A DNA stretch of 64,000 bases, counting the filler, from Lenisia limosa (lineage: Eukaryota > Protista > Breviatea): NCBI GenBank assembly GCA_001655205.1. It is 11 parts of 11 records of this genome, joined end to end, with 100 filler letters (N's around TTAATTAATTAA, not from the genome) between each part and the next. Parts side by side here need not be neighbours in the genome. Positions count along the whole stretch, not along the records: positions 46,174 to 55,079 come from LPNZ01007555.1; positions 55,180 to 62,596 come from LPNZ01006660.1; 9 more parts are not named here. The stretch is one strand, 5' to 3'. The notes beneath the pieces are model-generated. The model saw only the letters and a program-made list of their open reading frames with translations. It ran no database searches and was not told the DNA's origin. The position numbers and the translations under genes were made by a program. Each line of letters begins with the position of its first letter. The first letter of the stretch is position 1. Positions 48,660 to 62,582 of the stretch are shown here, piece after piece.

Positions 48660-51600
48660 ATTCTAATGGCCCTCTTGAAGATTTTCAACATGCAAGAAAA
48701 AGGGAGCTTGGGTGACCAAGGACCGACTACTTAAATATGCGTTTGGTGAACCAGCGGAGTTGCTGAAAGATTCCATGTTTGGTTCCAGTTCAAATGTAAC
48801 GTCATCTTTGAAGATTTTTGACATGTGTTTGAATAAAGGGGGATTTTGGGAGACTTAAGGTGGCCAAGCGCAGACCACCTAAATTATTGTAGCGGTTGGT
48901 GTGCCAGAGGGGCGGGGGAGAAGGGAATGAAGTCCACAAGAACTATGGTCAGGTGGTCAGTGAGGCCGTGGGATAATGTATAGTGTGGATCATGGTCATT
49001 CCAGTTTTTAAAAACTCAATCCCGACGATATACAAAAAAGATGCATCTTCCATCTTATTTTGTCAAAAAGATACATAACATAGAAAGGACCCACACTCAA
49101 GGGTAGACATGTGGGATGTATGAGGTTTCTCCCTCGTAAGTCACGCCGTCACCTTCCATTGGGAGAAACTCGTAGACTAACGAGTTCTTGTGCTCATCAG
49201 CAACCTGGATTGTAAACTTGTCGAAAACTCTAATCCAATATCTTTTTAAAGAAAAGATAATGAAGGNNNNNNNNNNNNNNNNNNNNNNNNNNNNNNNNNN
49301 NNNNNNNNNNNNNNNNNNNNNNNNNNNNNNNNNNNNNNNNNNNNNNNNNNNNNNNNNNNNNNNNNNNNNNNNNNNNNNNNNNNNNNNNNNNNNNNNNNNN
49401 NNNNNNNNNNNNNNNNNNNNNNNNNNCGGTCCAAGCCTTGCTATAGAGCCGTACCTAAGTAGGATTAGCGGAGAGGGTATAAAATATTTTGTACCAGTTG
49501 TTGGTTATATCATGATGTTCAACTACCTCCCCTCTTCTCACTATTTGTAACTATTTGATTCTTTATGCCAAATAAGGGTTCAAAAACAGTATTTTACCCC
49601 CCCCCCCCCCCCCCCCCCCNNNNNNNNNNNNNNNNNNNNNNNNNNNNNNNNNNNNNNNNNNNNNNNNNNNNNNNNNNNNNNNNNNNNNNNNNNNNNNNNN
49701 NNNNNNNNNNNNNNTCGAGTGAGGGGTAGACCTGGACAGTGATTTGAAGGAAAAGTGGAGCATATACATGAATAAATCGATATGATATACATATAGATTT
49801 CATATCTTCAAAAAATATGATACTATTTTGGTAGGTTGGGTGGAGAAAGTGTTCCTGCACTCAAAATAATTTCATTTTAACAGTACTTTATCTTGCAAAA
49901 AGAAAATGGAAAATGTGGGCTGATTCTACTTTCACATTTCAACATGGCACAAAGCAAGAGACAAAGAAATGACTCCTTGACATACCACATTAAAGTGGCT
50001 ACCCATAGCGACTCGTTTCTAAGTGGTGAAGGAAAAGGCAAAGCGAAAAGGTTAGAAAGAATAAGAGCAATCTCTAATATGATTGTATATCATACTGTAT
50101 AGTATATAATTACTACTTGGTTTCATTGAGAATACATATGTATGCATATGCCATAGTGCTATATAGTATATTACATAATATATATATGTTATACATCATA
50201 TATCCATGTATATATCATATAGTACATACATATATTATTATATCATATGTGTGTATTCATACATCTCATGTCAGTGCACACACAGTAAGTCCCTCCCCCA
50301 CCTACCACAGTATCGTTACTGTCAGGAATGGTGAAGGTGGCCTTATGCACGCCGTCAAGATAAACTTTGACCTGAGTTCCAGTGGCAGAGAAAACGAAAT
50401 GGTGCCACATGTCACGAGCTGAAGTATCAGGCATTAGGCCGTAAATAACAAGGATTAGGCCGTGAATATCAAGGATTAGCCGTGAATAACAAGGATTAGG
50501 CCGTGAATATCATGGATACCGACATTTTACTGGATTTTTAAACCCCAGATAATACACCACCCTACCCATGTCCATCGGCTGGGATTGCCCAGTACCCTGA
50601 TCATAAATATCGACTGCTTGGGAAGAGAGCTGGGGGGGGGGGGGGGNNNNNNNNNNNNNNNNNNNNNNNNNNNNNNNNNNNNNNNNNNNNNNNNNNNNNN
50701 NNNNNNNNNNNNNNNNNNNNNNNNNNNNNNNNNNNNNNNNNNNNNNNNNNNNNNNNNNNNNNNNNNNNNNNNNNNNNNNNNNNNNNNNNNNNNNNNNNNN
50801 NNNNNNNNNNNNNNNNNNNNNNNNNNTTGGCCAAAGAATGGGGTTATATCTTCAAGTTGATCCGGGAAGAATGGAAGCAATTCGAAGAGACCCACAAGAT
50901 ATCTGTAAATTCTGAAGTAGGCGTAACTTGAGGTCTGAGCGGAGAAGAAGTGAATGTAATTCGAACCAAAATGGTCTGACGCGGGGTAAGTCCAACTCTG
51001 GGGGGGGGGGGGGNNNNNNNNNNNNNNNNNNNNNNNNNNNNNNNNNNNNNNNNNNNNNNNNNNNNNNNNNNNNNNNNNNNNNNNNNNNNNNNNNNNNNNN
51101 NNNNNNNNNNNNNNNNNNNNNNNNNAAACGAGGGTTGAAAACAAAACAAACAAAGCCCACACCAGTTATATGGAGGGAAGGGTGAATGAAAAACAAATTC
51201 ATGACCAAAGCCTAGGGAAATCCCTTCGTTTGAAAAAGACCGGTAAATTATCGATAGTTTTCGAGAATTTATCGAGAAATTCTTTTTTTGAACCGAAGTG
51301 AATCCCTACCCAAAGCCACATTCCCCCACCCACCTCCACAGTGGATGCACCCGACGGCCATTCGAAGCTCACGGTTTCGTACCCGTGTACCTAGAGTCGC
51401 TAAGTTGAAAGATTGCCTCCCTCTTCCTCTTTTGGATAGCAAGACAATATATCATATAATATTTTTTTTAGAGATAACATTTGACTTTCAGTTGTTAAAT
51501 TTTTCCAGCCACTTTTTTATTATTACCTTACAACTCCAAGAATATTATTCTCTGCTATTATAACAAAATGAAAAGGCAGTGATTGGTTTAAAATCAGATT

Positions 51601-54600
51601 TTATAGAGTTGAATCTAAAAATGAGCGGAAAGCGTTGGCAACAGAATCAGATCTCAACAAGATTGTGCCAATAAGCCCCAAAAGCATTATGGTATCCTTA
51701 TGTATGTTTTTTCCTAAGAATTTTAATGTAGAATATTTAGGGCTTCACTTTGGTTCAAAAAATTACTGAGTTTCTCCATAAATCGTCGATAAATACCGAT
51801 ATTTCATCAGTCTTTTTCGAAACGAAGTGAAGCCCTACGCATATTATTCCTTGTTCACACAGCATACCGCAGTTGAGGTGCCGTCCGTTTGCCTGAAGCC
51901 ATAAGTCAGCTGCAAATCCATAGAAAAAGACAGGGTAGGGCCGCATGGAGCTGACGTCAAGTTGGAGAGACAAGCCTGGGTCGAGTGATGATTGGGATAG
52001 AGTCAACCAAGCAATGAGAAATAAAAAATAAAGTTTATGAAACGTTATATAGCAAAGAGAAGTAAAAAAATCAGGCTGTATTTGGCCGAAGCCGTAAAAC
52101 GTTATATGTCGGAGATTCTAACACCAGTAAAACGTTATATATCAGAACTCTGTAATATTGTTTTTTTATGTACAACATTCCATCCGCAACTACACTCTTC
52201 ATAAAATGGTCTTCATTTTACGCCGCGCTTCATCATTGACCCCCCCCCCCCTACCTGCACGGACCACACCGAGCCATCCAGGGGGAGGGCGACCGTGAGG
52301 AAATCTCCTACGGCGCCGTAGATATCAAAGTGCTCCTGGCGGAATTCTTGCTGGTTGGTGGCCTGGACAGTCAACATTAGACACCCGAATTGTTGAAAAA
52401 GAATGGGAAATAGCGGGGGAAATTAAGTAACAACATATTTATTCGAAATGATGAACAACAGTAAATGATGGTTCATTTTGAGTATTAGTGGATTTGAGAT
52501 ATCAGATAACGACGTGGAAAACGTTAGCTCACATATTATGACGAACAAGGACAAAACGAGGTTCTCCCCACGCACCCTAACAACATGGTCCCCGTCGCGG
52601 GGGAAAGCCGTGATATCCAGCACCACTTCGCCCACGCTCCTGTCAACAGAAACGACACCCATTCGCGAGAGGTCTTGAACTACGTAGGGTAACAATTAAG
52701 GCTTCACTTCGGTTCGGAAAAATATCGATAGTTTTCAAGGATTTATCGAGAAATTCAGTCTTTTTTTCGAACCGAAGTGAAGCCCTAACAATAAATATGC
52801 TGCGGGTGGAAATGGGTAATACAGAGAATGATACGATCTGCCAGGCCAAAACCGTCCATTACACTGATTAATGATTAACTACAACAATTCACACAACGAA
52901 TCAAGCAGTGAAATTGAGCACAATAATCGAGGTTGGATATACGTTTTTATGTTTTTATGGTTCATGGCCTGGATTGAAACACAAAGACGAACACGATGAC
53001 AAAAAAGGTGACCTTACCCAAACCATTGGGCTACTACCCCATACCCAGACCCCACCCCCCGTACTGCTGTCAACGTAAGCCTAAAGAGTCAAAGAGTTAA
53101 ATGCGGATACAAGAGGTGAAAATCAATCACTATTGACTCAGCTCGAAACACGCAGAATTATCCAATATAGTGTTGTGACTCAGCTCGAAACACGCAGAAT
53201 TATCCTATATTTTGATATTTGTTATTTATTAATCAAATAATAGTTTTTTAAATGAAGCCGAATCCTCATCAATTTGTGTTTTCTAATGAGTACAGCGATA
53301 TAACTAATGTAGCAAGAGAGAAAAGTAATTGTACGACAATAATGGAGAGGTGAATAAATCAAACCTTATTGGCAACTTGTTGTGGGAGAACAGGCTCATC
53401 CACTTCCATCAGCGTGGTTCCGCTGCTCGTCATCATGACCGATTGTGACCCAAACGCGATAGCTCTGAAAATTGATGAGTGGTGTCAAGGAATTTCTACC
53501 AAGGCGGTTGGTCCCTTTTCCATGCACTTAAAATGTCTTCCCCAACTGCCCCCAAAAACAAAACACACACATACATGAGAGAGAGGAGGAAGCCAATCGA
53601 CAAGAACATTTTGCAGAAGTTGGATGTGGGGTGTACAGTTTTAGGTATGTATGTGAGTAAATAATTGATTGAATCTTGAGACGACCAACTGCCTGTAACG
53701 GCAGAAGAACAGAACTTGAACTTTGAACTGTGAACTTTAATGCATCAATAATCTGGGGGTGTATACAACCCAGGAAACAGAAGTCTCCGATTTGCATAAG
53801 GGGAGTCCCAAAGAAACCACACACAAAAACACACAAACAGAAGCAGAAAGATAAAAAAATAGAAAAACAATGGAATGAAATGGGATGGTTCGATGGTTCG
53901 AGAACTCCGGGACAATGACTCATCCAGAACATTCTGGAACAATAATTCGTTCTAGATAATTCGATTATTCATCTTTTTCGTGAAAATTCAGAGATTTGAG
54001 CCCAGTTATCCGTCTTAATCAAGTAAATGTCCACGGAAGCCACCAATATTCCATCTACAACCGGGGGGGCTGCTGCCCCCCATGCCGAAAGGCTCTCCCC
54101 AATTGATATTTCCGACATTGCGCCCTCTTGGTGCGATAACATCCCTACAGTCTCATCACCAAACAGTGTCAACCTCGCCAATCTTTACTGTCACATCCAG
54201 GTTTGTCCAATTGAATTGTTCTGAATACAGTAACGTGTCTCGCAAGCTTGATATACTCTTGTTTATTATCAATTTAAACATTATTCACTTGTTAGACCGC
54301 CAGTCATGTCGTCAAGAAAGTTTGCCATGAGGTAAGTCGGTGCTGGTTGCCTTCTACCCTTATTTTGAGAGCAATAAAAGGCAAGGAATTATATATGACT
54401 GGGCTTCGGCAACTTACTGCTTTTAGTCTATCTGCCTCCATTCTCGATCATTCTCCAACATGTGTGGAGGAGAGCTTTTTCTCATCAACGAAAATGAGCA
54501 GAAAACCGGATCCTTCAAAGTAAGCCTGGGAACAGCAGGTGACTTTTAAACACGGGTAGAGCTTTTAACGTTTTTGTCCTGGGATAATCTCGAACCAATC

Positions 54601-54900
54601 TTGTTGAACAGATGTATCGTTCTCCCCCCTTTTTTTTTTTTGATTTTTTTTCAAAACAATACAATGCAAGCAAGGAGGTCCTAGATAGAATTAAAACAAG
54701 GAGTCATAGATACAATTGCTATGTAATATAAGAAGATTTGAAGTCATATTAATGGATAACCCAATCTTCTGTACAAATCTATGAATGCCTTGAATGATAC
54801 ATCATATATGATTCTCAAATTCACCCCCCCCCCATCAGGTAAGAGGAGCCACCTACGCTCTCTACCAGGTCCGCGATTCGGCCAAAAAAGGGTCTGGAGT
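48660..54900 (-). CDS. Large multi-exon protein with a LamG/concanavalin-A-like jellyroll segment
   Basis: Exon ~50290-50420 WHHFVFSATGTQVKVYLDGVHKATF resembles the LamG3 motif WHHV..T.DG..VKLYVDG. Other GT-AG exons at 52255-52365, ~52520-52680, ~53390-53465 and ~54060-54200. Whether this is one gene is uncertain. Confidence 0.45.
50444..50512. repeat. 21-bp tandem repeat (GATTAGGCCGTGAATAACAAG)
   Basis: Three to four units. Confidence 0.8.
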
Positions 54901-55585
54901 CATCGCTGTTTCCGCAGGTAAGGCTGGGGGGTTTATCTTGTTTACTTGGCTCGGAGGATTTTTTAAAATTGTTTTCATTTATTAGGTGGATGGACATTGC
55001 ATGTGTTATAAAAATGTTTTTTTTTTCTGGTTTATTTTTGAGTTATTCCCTGTTTCCGGGTGTGTTTTCTCAATTTTTTNNNNNNNNNNNNNNNNNNNNN
55101 NNNNNNNNNNNNNNNNNNNNNNNTTAATTAATTAANNNNNNNNNNNNNNNNNNNNNNNNNNNNNNNNNNNNNNNNNNNNGACTTTTTGGGGTATAAAACA
55201 TATCTGCTATACATTGCTTTTTTCCACCTAATTTATCAATCATAAATCTCATCATGATGATATATACAATGACCGAGATAAGTCTTAACCGACCCTGGGA
55301 AATCATAAAGCGAATCGGTCAAGACTTATCCCGTCATTTTAGATATTTCACCCCCTCCCCCAACCAATGGGAAATAAACAATAAGGTTGTATCNNNNNNN
55401 NNNNNNNNNNNNNNNNNNNNNNNNNNNNNNNNNNNNNNNNNNNNNNNNNNNNNNNNNNNNNNNNNNNNNNNNNNNNNNNNNNNNNNNNNNNNNNNNNNNN
55501 NNNNNNNNNNNNNNNNNNNNNNNNNNNNNNNNNACTCTGTGTACACAGCTTCCTGCGTGCCTCAACAATCCCCTCGCACTGCTAC

Positions 55586-58500
55586 GCCCATGACAATAGC
55601 CTGGAAGTACTCAGGAGAACACAAGGCGTTTTGCTGGGACTCGAAGTCGCTGATTGCAGGGAGCTGTGAGGCCTGGAGGGGGTCAAACGAAGGTAATTTC
55701 GATGAAGAATATTGGTGTAGGTCGTAAAAGTCAAAAAATTATGAAACAAAAAAGCCCAAATCAACTATAAAACAGAGGTAAAATGGGACAATAAATAGTG
55801 TTAGAGGTCTTGGGGGGTATAATCCATCTCTCCTATACACTTTACCCTCCCCCACTCCCAAGGTTTTTTTTTGTTTTTGGCTTTATAAATAAATTATTAC
55901 GGCTTCACTTCGGTTCGAAAAAAAGACTGAATTTCTCGATAAATCGTCGAAAACTATCGATATTTTACCAGATATTATCGAACCGAAGTGAAGCCCAATA
56001 AATAATCAATTTTCACTCTCCCCGCAATAGAGAATCCCCCCAACCTCCACCATGGAATTGGCCCATCTTAGAAGACGATCTGTGGGGGCATGGCGGGACA
56101 AACTGCCAACATCTGCGGACAATTCCGTTCTCTGTCGAGGGTTATTGGAATGAATCAAAAAGAAATTAACACTTTATCTTTAAGAAGATATGAAGGAACG
56201 GGATATATTATTTCAACATAAGAAGAGCCATCGCACAAAATAAAAACCCCCTGGTTTTCCAACCAGTATTTTTGTACGCAGAAATGAGAAATCCAAAAAG
56301 GATGTATCTGGCCTGAGCNNNNNNNNNNNNNNNNNNNNNNNNNNNNNNNNNNNNNNNNNNNNNNNNNNNNNNNNNNNNNNNNNNNNNNNNNNNNNNNNNN
56401 NNNATCAATTTCGTGATCATTTGCTCGTTTGACAGGTTCTGCAATCTCTCCTTCCACTTCTTCCTCCTCCATCTTCTCTTCCTCTTCCTCCTTCTTTTCT
56501 TCTTTCTCTTCTTCTTTTTCATCATCTTTCCTTTTTTCCTCATCTTTTCTCTTTTCCTCCTCATCTTCTTCCTTCATTTGGCTTTCAGCTTCACCGTCAC
56601 TGTTCTCTTCATTCCTAACTTCTACTTCCTTTTCACTGGAATCCTCTTTCTTCTCCATCATCATATCAACCACTTCGCTCGCGCCTTCAACAACACCCTG
56701 ACAGTTATCCGAATCTTCCTTGCTATAATCAGTTTTAAGACTCGTTTCACATATTGGCTCATCTCTTTCACTCTCTTCCTCTTCCATCACTCCATCCTTT
56801 CTATCAGTCTCTTCACGATCTTCAACACTAGTCATTTTCGCCTCTCTTGCCTCAACCTCCTTCTGACTCCTTGCCTTCTGCAACGTTTGATCCATGGCCA
56901 TTTGCGCTGAGCGTGACAACTGCGCGTGTCCGTCGAAGTTTGTCACGTGATACGCCATACAGAGAGCGTCAATGATCTGTGCTTGGACTGACGGTGGTGG
57001 CGGCGCATTTACAGATACCTGGGGGGGGGGTGAAAATAAAAGATCGATTTTGCTTGAGAAATCCAGTCATTTTCCGGGCTAAGGCAAAGCCTCAACCTAG
57101 CCTAAAGACCAACCTGGGGCAAGTCGAGGGGCAAATCAGCCAGTCTCGCAGCCTGTGCGAATATGGCCCAATGTGCGTTGTCAGAAGCTGAAATATAAAG
57201 AGCAAACTAACAGGAAATTTTTACAACGCCGTGTGACAGACCAGGAATGTGGGATTGAGAAGATATTCTTAATCTAGACGGGGATGTGGGGATTGAGAAG
57301 GTTTTCTTAATCTAGACAGCATGTAGAGAGAATAGCTAGCCGAGCCATCACGCTGATAGATAACATATTCAAGGCATATGTTAGCATGAATAAGGGATAC
57401 TTAAGAAGGACAAACTCAACTAGGATGTTAGGGTTCGAAGAGCATACTAGTATCTAGAGCTACGTGCAATAAAGTGATTTTTTTATCACGAGAACCCTAT
57501 TCCACGCAGTTTAATTTCTAATTTTGTCAATTAATTTCCTCAAAAAATTAATTGCACGGAGCCCTATTAGTTTCATATGAATAATGAGCCGCCTGATTCA
57601 GGGTGTGTGGATGGGGAGAGGGATGGGAGTATGATGAATGTGTCTGTACCTATTTGTGTATGTATGTCCATGACATATGCCTGTATCTACATATGTGAGT
57701 ATGTAATTATACATGTACATGTAATATTATGTGTGTCTGTTTGTGTATCAGTGCGTGTATCCGTAAGAGCCAGGAGTGTATCCGTAAGAGCCAGGAGTGT
57801 ATCCGTAAGAGCCAGGAGTGTATCTGTGTTTGTGTTTGTGGGGAGTCACCCCCTCCCCCCAATAAAAGACCCACATTTTGAGGGGCGATGTACGTCTTTC
57901 AGTACCCGGGAGTCTAGAGTGTCTGGGGCTACTAAAGCCAACAGCCGGCACGCAATGCTTCCTAATAGGGTAAGTAAGTAGGAAAAGTATCTAATAGGGT
58001 TAGTGAATAGAACAATTTTTTCAGGCAAGTAAGTGGAAAACTGCCTAATGGGATGACCAAGTGGGAAAACGTCATCATTGCTAATGGAGTAAGTGGGAAA
58101 ATTTCCAAATATGGAAGTAGTTATTAGCAAACCTTCCTAAAATATGGTAATTATGTAAAATGCTTATTTGATACAATCAAATAAAAAACTATTTATCAAA
58201 CAGGGCAAAATATTAAAACACAGTATTGGTGGCACCATGCACCACCCTCACCAAGACAGTCAGCAGCAAGGATGTCCGTTTGAGTCAGGCGCCATCCGAG
58301 AGTGTCTCCCAGAATAGCCTCGACCTCCGCTGCCGCAATGGATCGTTGGGGTGCCTCGTGATCCTGATAGCGTCATAGCCTTGTTTTGCGCTTCACTTTC
58401 GGTTTGCAAAAACTGTCAAAATATCGATATTTATCGAAGTTTTTTGCGAATTGAGTCTTTTTCAACTGAAGGTGAAGTCCCACTTGCTTATAAGTAGGGC

Positions 58501-61500
58501 TTCCCTACGGTCCCAAAAATTCCTCAATTTCTCGATCAATCCTCGAAAAATTATCAATAATTGACCGGTCTTTATCGAACCGTGTGAAACCCTACTGGCA
58601 AGAACATATTTTATTTTTAAAAATACAACATAGAAAAAAAAAAAAGGAAAACGTATTGGTGTACCATGAGGGCTTCACTCCGATTCAGAAAATGACAAAA
58701 TTTATCGATAAAAAAACACATAGTAAATCGGTCAAGACTTATCCCGGTCACTCTATTTCGATAGTTTAGAGATCCTTTTCATACCAGAGCGAAGCCCTTG
58801 GTAACATAAACATCACAAAACTGGTACAGACAAAGGCGTCATTTTGGCCATACTTTCAACCGTCGTGTGTTGTCAGCCTGATATGGTGGTTTTTGTTTTA
58901 AATTTTCCAATTTTACCCCCCCCCCCCCNNNNNNNNNNNNNNNNNNNNNNNNNNNNNNNNNNNNNNNNNNNNNNNNNNNNNNNNNNNNNNNNTGACATCT
59001 CTGGCGAGTGTCTACAAGCTGGTCAGGATTTTCCCATTCACAACGGCGCATTGGCTTGGAATTCTTTTACTTTCTAAGTAGGGCTTCACTTCGGTTCGAA
59101 AAAGACGGATACATTATCGATATTAATCAAGAAATTCAGTCTTTTTATGAAACAAAGTGACGCCTTATTTTTAAGACCATTATTTTTTTTTCAAAAAAAA
59201 AAGAATAAAATAGCCATGATCACATGAACATAATATCTGGAACAATCATAACTAACTCTGGAAAATAGCCAAAAATATGGGCAATATTAACTAACGTCTT
59301 CCAGTTTCTTCCAGTTTAGGATGTAAAATGGCACTGGCAGGGCTGAACAAAATACTAATATACTTGATCATATCTAATACAATCATAACTAGGATTTACC
59401 TACGGTCCCAAAAAAGATCGATAAATTTTCGATAAATATCGAGATTTTGACGGTTTTTTCGGACCGTAGCATAACTAGCAAACCTAAACAGACTAATAAC
59501 ATACTTGATACCACAATTGATTTTGGCAAAGTAAGTTTTGATTTTGCTTTGAATGGCTAATGCTAATAATTATTCTGATCAAAATATCATCTCGCAAACA
59601 AACCTAAACAGAATAGCCGTAACAGCCATGGGCCAGCGCCATCCTGAGGCAAGGTCCTGTGCCTTGAGGGGAAGAGCCTCGCCAGTGATGTGTGACGTGA
59701 TCTCCAAAACCCGAGTCTGGGAAGGGGAAAAGTTGGTGATGGATGTAGCCATTGAGGAGGTAGAGACAAGGAACTTTTCTCTCTCATTCAAACAATATAT
59801 AATGCCACCACAGGTTACTCACCTCTCCACCTCCCCCNNNNNNNNNNNNNNNNNNNNNNNNNNNNNNNNNNNNNNNNNNNNNNNNNNNNNNNNNNNNNNN
59901 NNNNNNNNNNNNNNNNNNNNNNNNNNNNNNNNNNNNNNNNNNNNNNNNNNNNNNNNNNNNNNNNNNNNNNNNNNNNNNNNNNNNNNNNNNNNNNNNNNNN
60001 NNNNNNNNNNNNNNNNNNNNNNNNNNNNNNNNNNNNTTCGAGATTGACCTCGTAATCCGACTCCAAAATCTGCAGAACGGTCAGTGGTGAAGATGATTGT
60101 GAAGACGATGAGAATGGTAAAAGTGGTGAAGATGATGAAGATGGTAAAGGTGCTGAAGATAGTGAAATGATGGTGAAGATAGTGAAATGATGGTGAAGAT
60201 AGTGAAATGATGAAGATTGTGAAATGATGGTGAAGATAGTGAAATGATGGGAGATGGGAGTAAAAATGCGAATTTTTAGCATTCATTCATATATATCTAT
60301 ATAGTAATACAGTATATAGCAGACTACTATATAGTATGGATGTAGATACATGGTTTTTTTAGAGGATATAATTATGTATAATATATGATATGGACAGTAT
60401 ATACATGTATATCTAGATATATACTATATAAAGTAGGACGCACCTTCTCTCCCGCTTCTCTGCGTTTGATTGTGAGTTGTCGAGTGGCCCGAAGTGCGTC
60501 CATCCTACAATGGTGAATTGCCTCCCCCAAACACACTTCCTCTCCTGTTAACCCATTTTTACTATACAAATCGTAAAGCTCTATGACGTAAAAGAGAGAA
60601 AGCACTATAAATAACCAAACGCACTTCCTCTCCTGGGTCTTAAGTGCAACGTCCTCATTTCGACTTGCTTCAACATCCGTTGCCGCCTCCGGTGCAACCG
60701 ACCGCGCTAATGCCTACAAATATTAAGGTTTTTGGAAATATAGGAGGTATATATTGGAAGATTTATTAGAGCTACTCGGCTTCAAAAGACCGGAAAATAT
60801 CGATATTTATCGAGGATATATCGAGGATTCAGTCTTTTTTTTGAACCGAAAGTGAAGTTTCTCGATAAATTCTCGAAAATTTTCGATATTTTACCGGTAT
60901 TTTTCGAACCAAAGTGAAGAATATATCATTTATTTTTAAAATAAAACACTATTGCAATACCCACCAAGAGTGCGACACCGTCCTGCATATCCACATGGAA
61001 GTTACTGAGGGTATGGGCAGGCAGGGAAAGACGCTTTGCCGCTACGGCCTTGTTCTGGGCTGTTTCAGCCACTGTGAGGGCCTCAGTGGCTGCTGATAGG
61101 GATTCTGAAGAATGAAATATCATGCAGCAACGTCATTATTAGGGCTTCTCTCCAATCCAGAAAATGAGAGAATTACTCGATAAATCATCGATGTAATTTG
61201 AAAGATTACCGATAATTTTCGTACCAGAGTGAAGCCCTCGTGATCATGTTTACAAGAGGTAGGGCTATTTAATGGAAAGAATGTGGGGTTTTTGTCCCAC
61301 AGCAATCCTTTTGAAAATGGCCAAAGAATAAATATAAAAAGAATACATAGATAGCTTGCTATATGATAATTAATCCCTCCCACCATAATCAGGTTGCATC
61401 TCGCGATCTAAATCGGAGTCGGAGCCATCAGCACTATGACAAACAACCTGAGAGGTGTAAAATCGGAAAGCAATACGTTGTTGAAAAGAAAAAAAAGCCC

Positions 61501-62582
61501 AAAATCAACACTGCAACACAGAGGATGAGAACAACCAAACAAAAAAAGTCCAGGAAACAACCTTGGATTGAGATGAGCATATATTTGCCCCCCCCCCCAC
61601 GCCGATTATTATAAATCTGAGAATAAGCAGGGCTTCATGCAATTAATTTTTTTGAGGAAATTAATTGACAAAATTAGAAATTAATGTGGAATAGGGTTCT
61701 CTTTATAATATGTCCGACTTCAAATTTTGCAATTAATTTTTCAATGAATTGAAAATAAGGCTTCACTGAAAAATTCAGTCTTTTTTCGAACTGAAGTGAA
61801 GCCCTGAAAATAAATAGATATTTTGCGGACATTTTCCTACCGGAGTGACGTCATACCCAAGCCAACCTCAGGAGAAGAGGGCTCGGAGGGGAGAGCGTCA
61901 GGAGATGTGTCGGCTGAGGGACTCACCTCTTCCACTTCAATAACCTGGATGGTTTATATGTATGATAAAACGCAATAATACATAGACTTCCATAACCTCC
62001 ATTGTGAATTTCATGATATAACACAATAGTATTTGTACACCCCCGTTCACAACCTGAATTGTGATATGACGTTACATTCCGACAACATATTCAAAATATT
62101 CCATAACCTGAATTGGGATATATTTATAATTATATTGTGGTAACACGCAGCAGTATTCATACATTGACTTCAACAATTTAATTGTGATATTCATGAAAAT
62201 ACCTCATATTCATTATCATTCATCCTCTTCCTCAACATATTCATAGTCCTCATTTTCCACCTGAATTGCGTGATATTCATGATAATATGCAATGTTCATA
62301 CATCAACTTCCATAACCTCCATTTCAATTTACGTCATATTGATAATACTCAGCATCATTTTCCTTGGGACTTTTGTCATTTTTGACAAAAAATGATGTTT
62401 TCTCTGGGAAGAAGATCATTTTTCAGTCACAATATCACACGCAACAAATGCTGATCGTCCCCTCACCTCCGGCAGTTTATTAGCATTGAACCAGTCATCA
62501 GCACCAGAAAAGACGGCAGTCGGGGCACAGTACAGTTTAGCATTGGCCCACTCCAGAACCATGCTGGCTGGATCGCTGGCTT
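55586..62582 (-). CDS. Multi-calponin-homology-domain protein with an acidic low-complexity insert
   Basis: CH-type motifs MVLEWANAKL, LSNFHVDMQDGVALL, LKAQDLASGWRWPMAVTAILFR, AEVEAILGDTLGWRLTQTDILA and DRLLRWANSM. Glu/Lys-rich exon at 56405-57017. Confidence 0.6.
55898..55998. mobile_element. H1 MITE copy
   Basis: TIRs GGCTTCACTTCGGTTCGA / TCGAACCGAAGTGAAGCC; flanks TAAATTAT / TAAATAAT (7 of 8). Confidence 0.85.
57455..57566. mobile_element. Second hAT-like MITE family (G)
   Basis: TIRs TAGAGCTACGTGCAAT / ATTGCACGGAGCCCTA; flanks CTAGTATC / TTAGTTTC. A reverse-orientation copy lies at ~61630-61740. Confidence 0.7.
57757..57819. repeat. 21-bp tandem repeat x3 (GTATCCGTAAGAGCCAGGAGT)
   Basis: Three identical contiguous units. 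Confidence 0.9.
59079..59167. mobile_element. H1 MITE copy; further copies listed in evidence
   Basis: Flanks TTTCTAAG / TTTTTAAG. Other copies at about 3144-3246, 10150-10290, 13342-13429, 14612-14697, 15216-15312, 16524-16615, 17965-18150 (two), 20422-20495, 24735-24810, 34274-34345, 41470-41540, 51213-51308, 51738-51837, 52697-52787, 58385-58480, 58495-58594, 58668-58799, 59390-59475, 60770-60920, 61140-61239 and 61756-61806. Confidence 0.82.
60085..60255. repeat. ~20-bp degenerate minisatellite (GAAGATAGTGAAATGATGGT)
   Basis: Several contiguous units directly upstream of an acceptor of the minus-strand CH gene. Confidence 0.8.
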
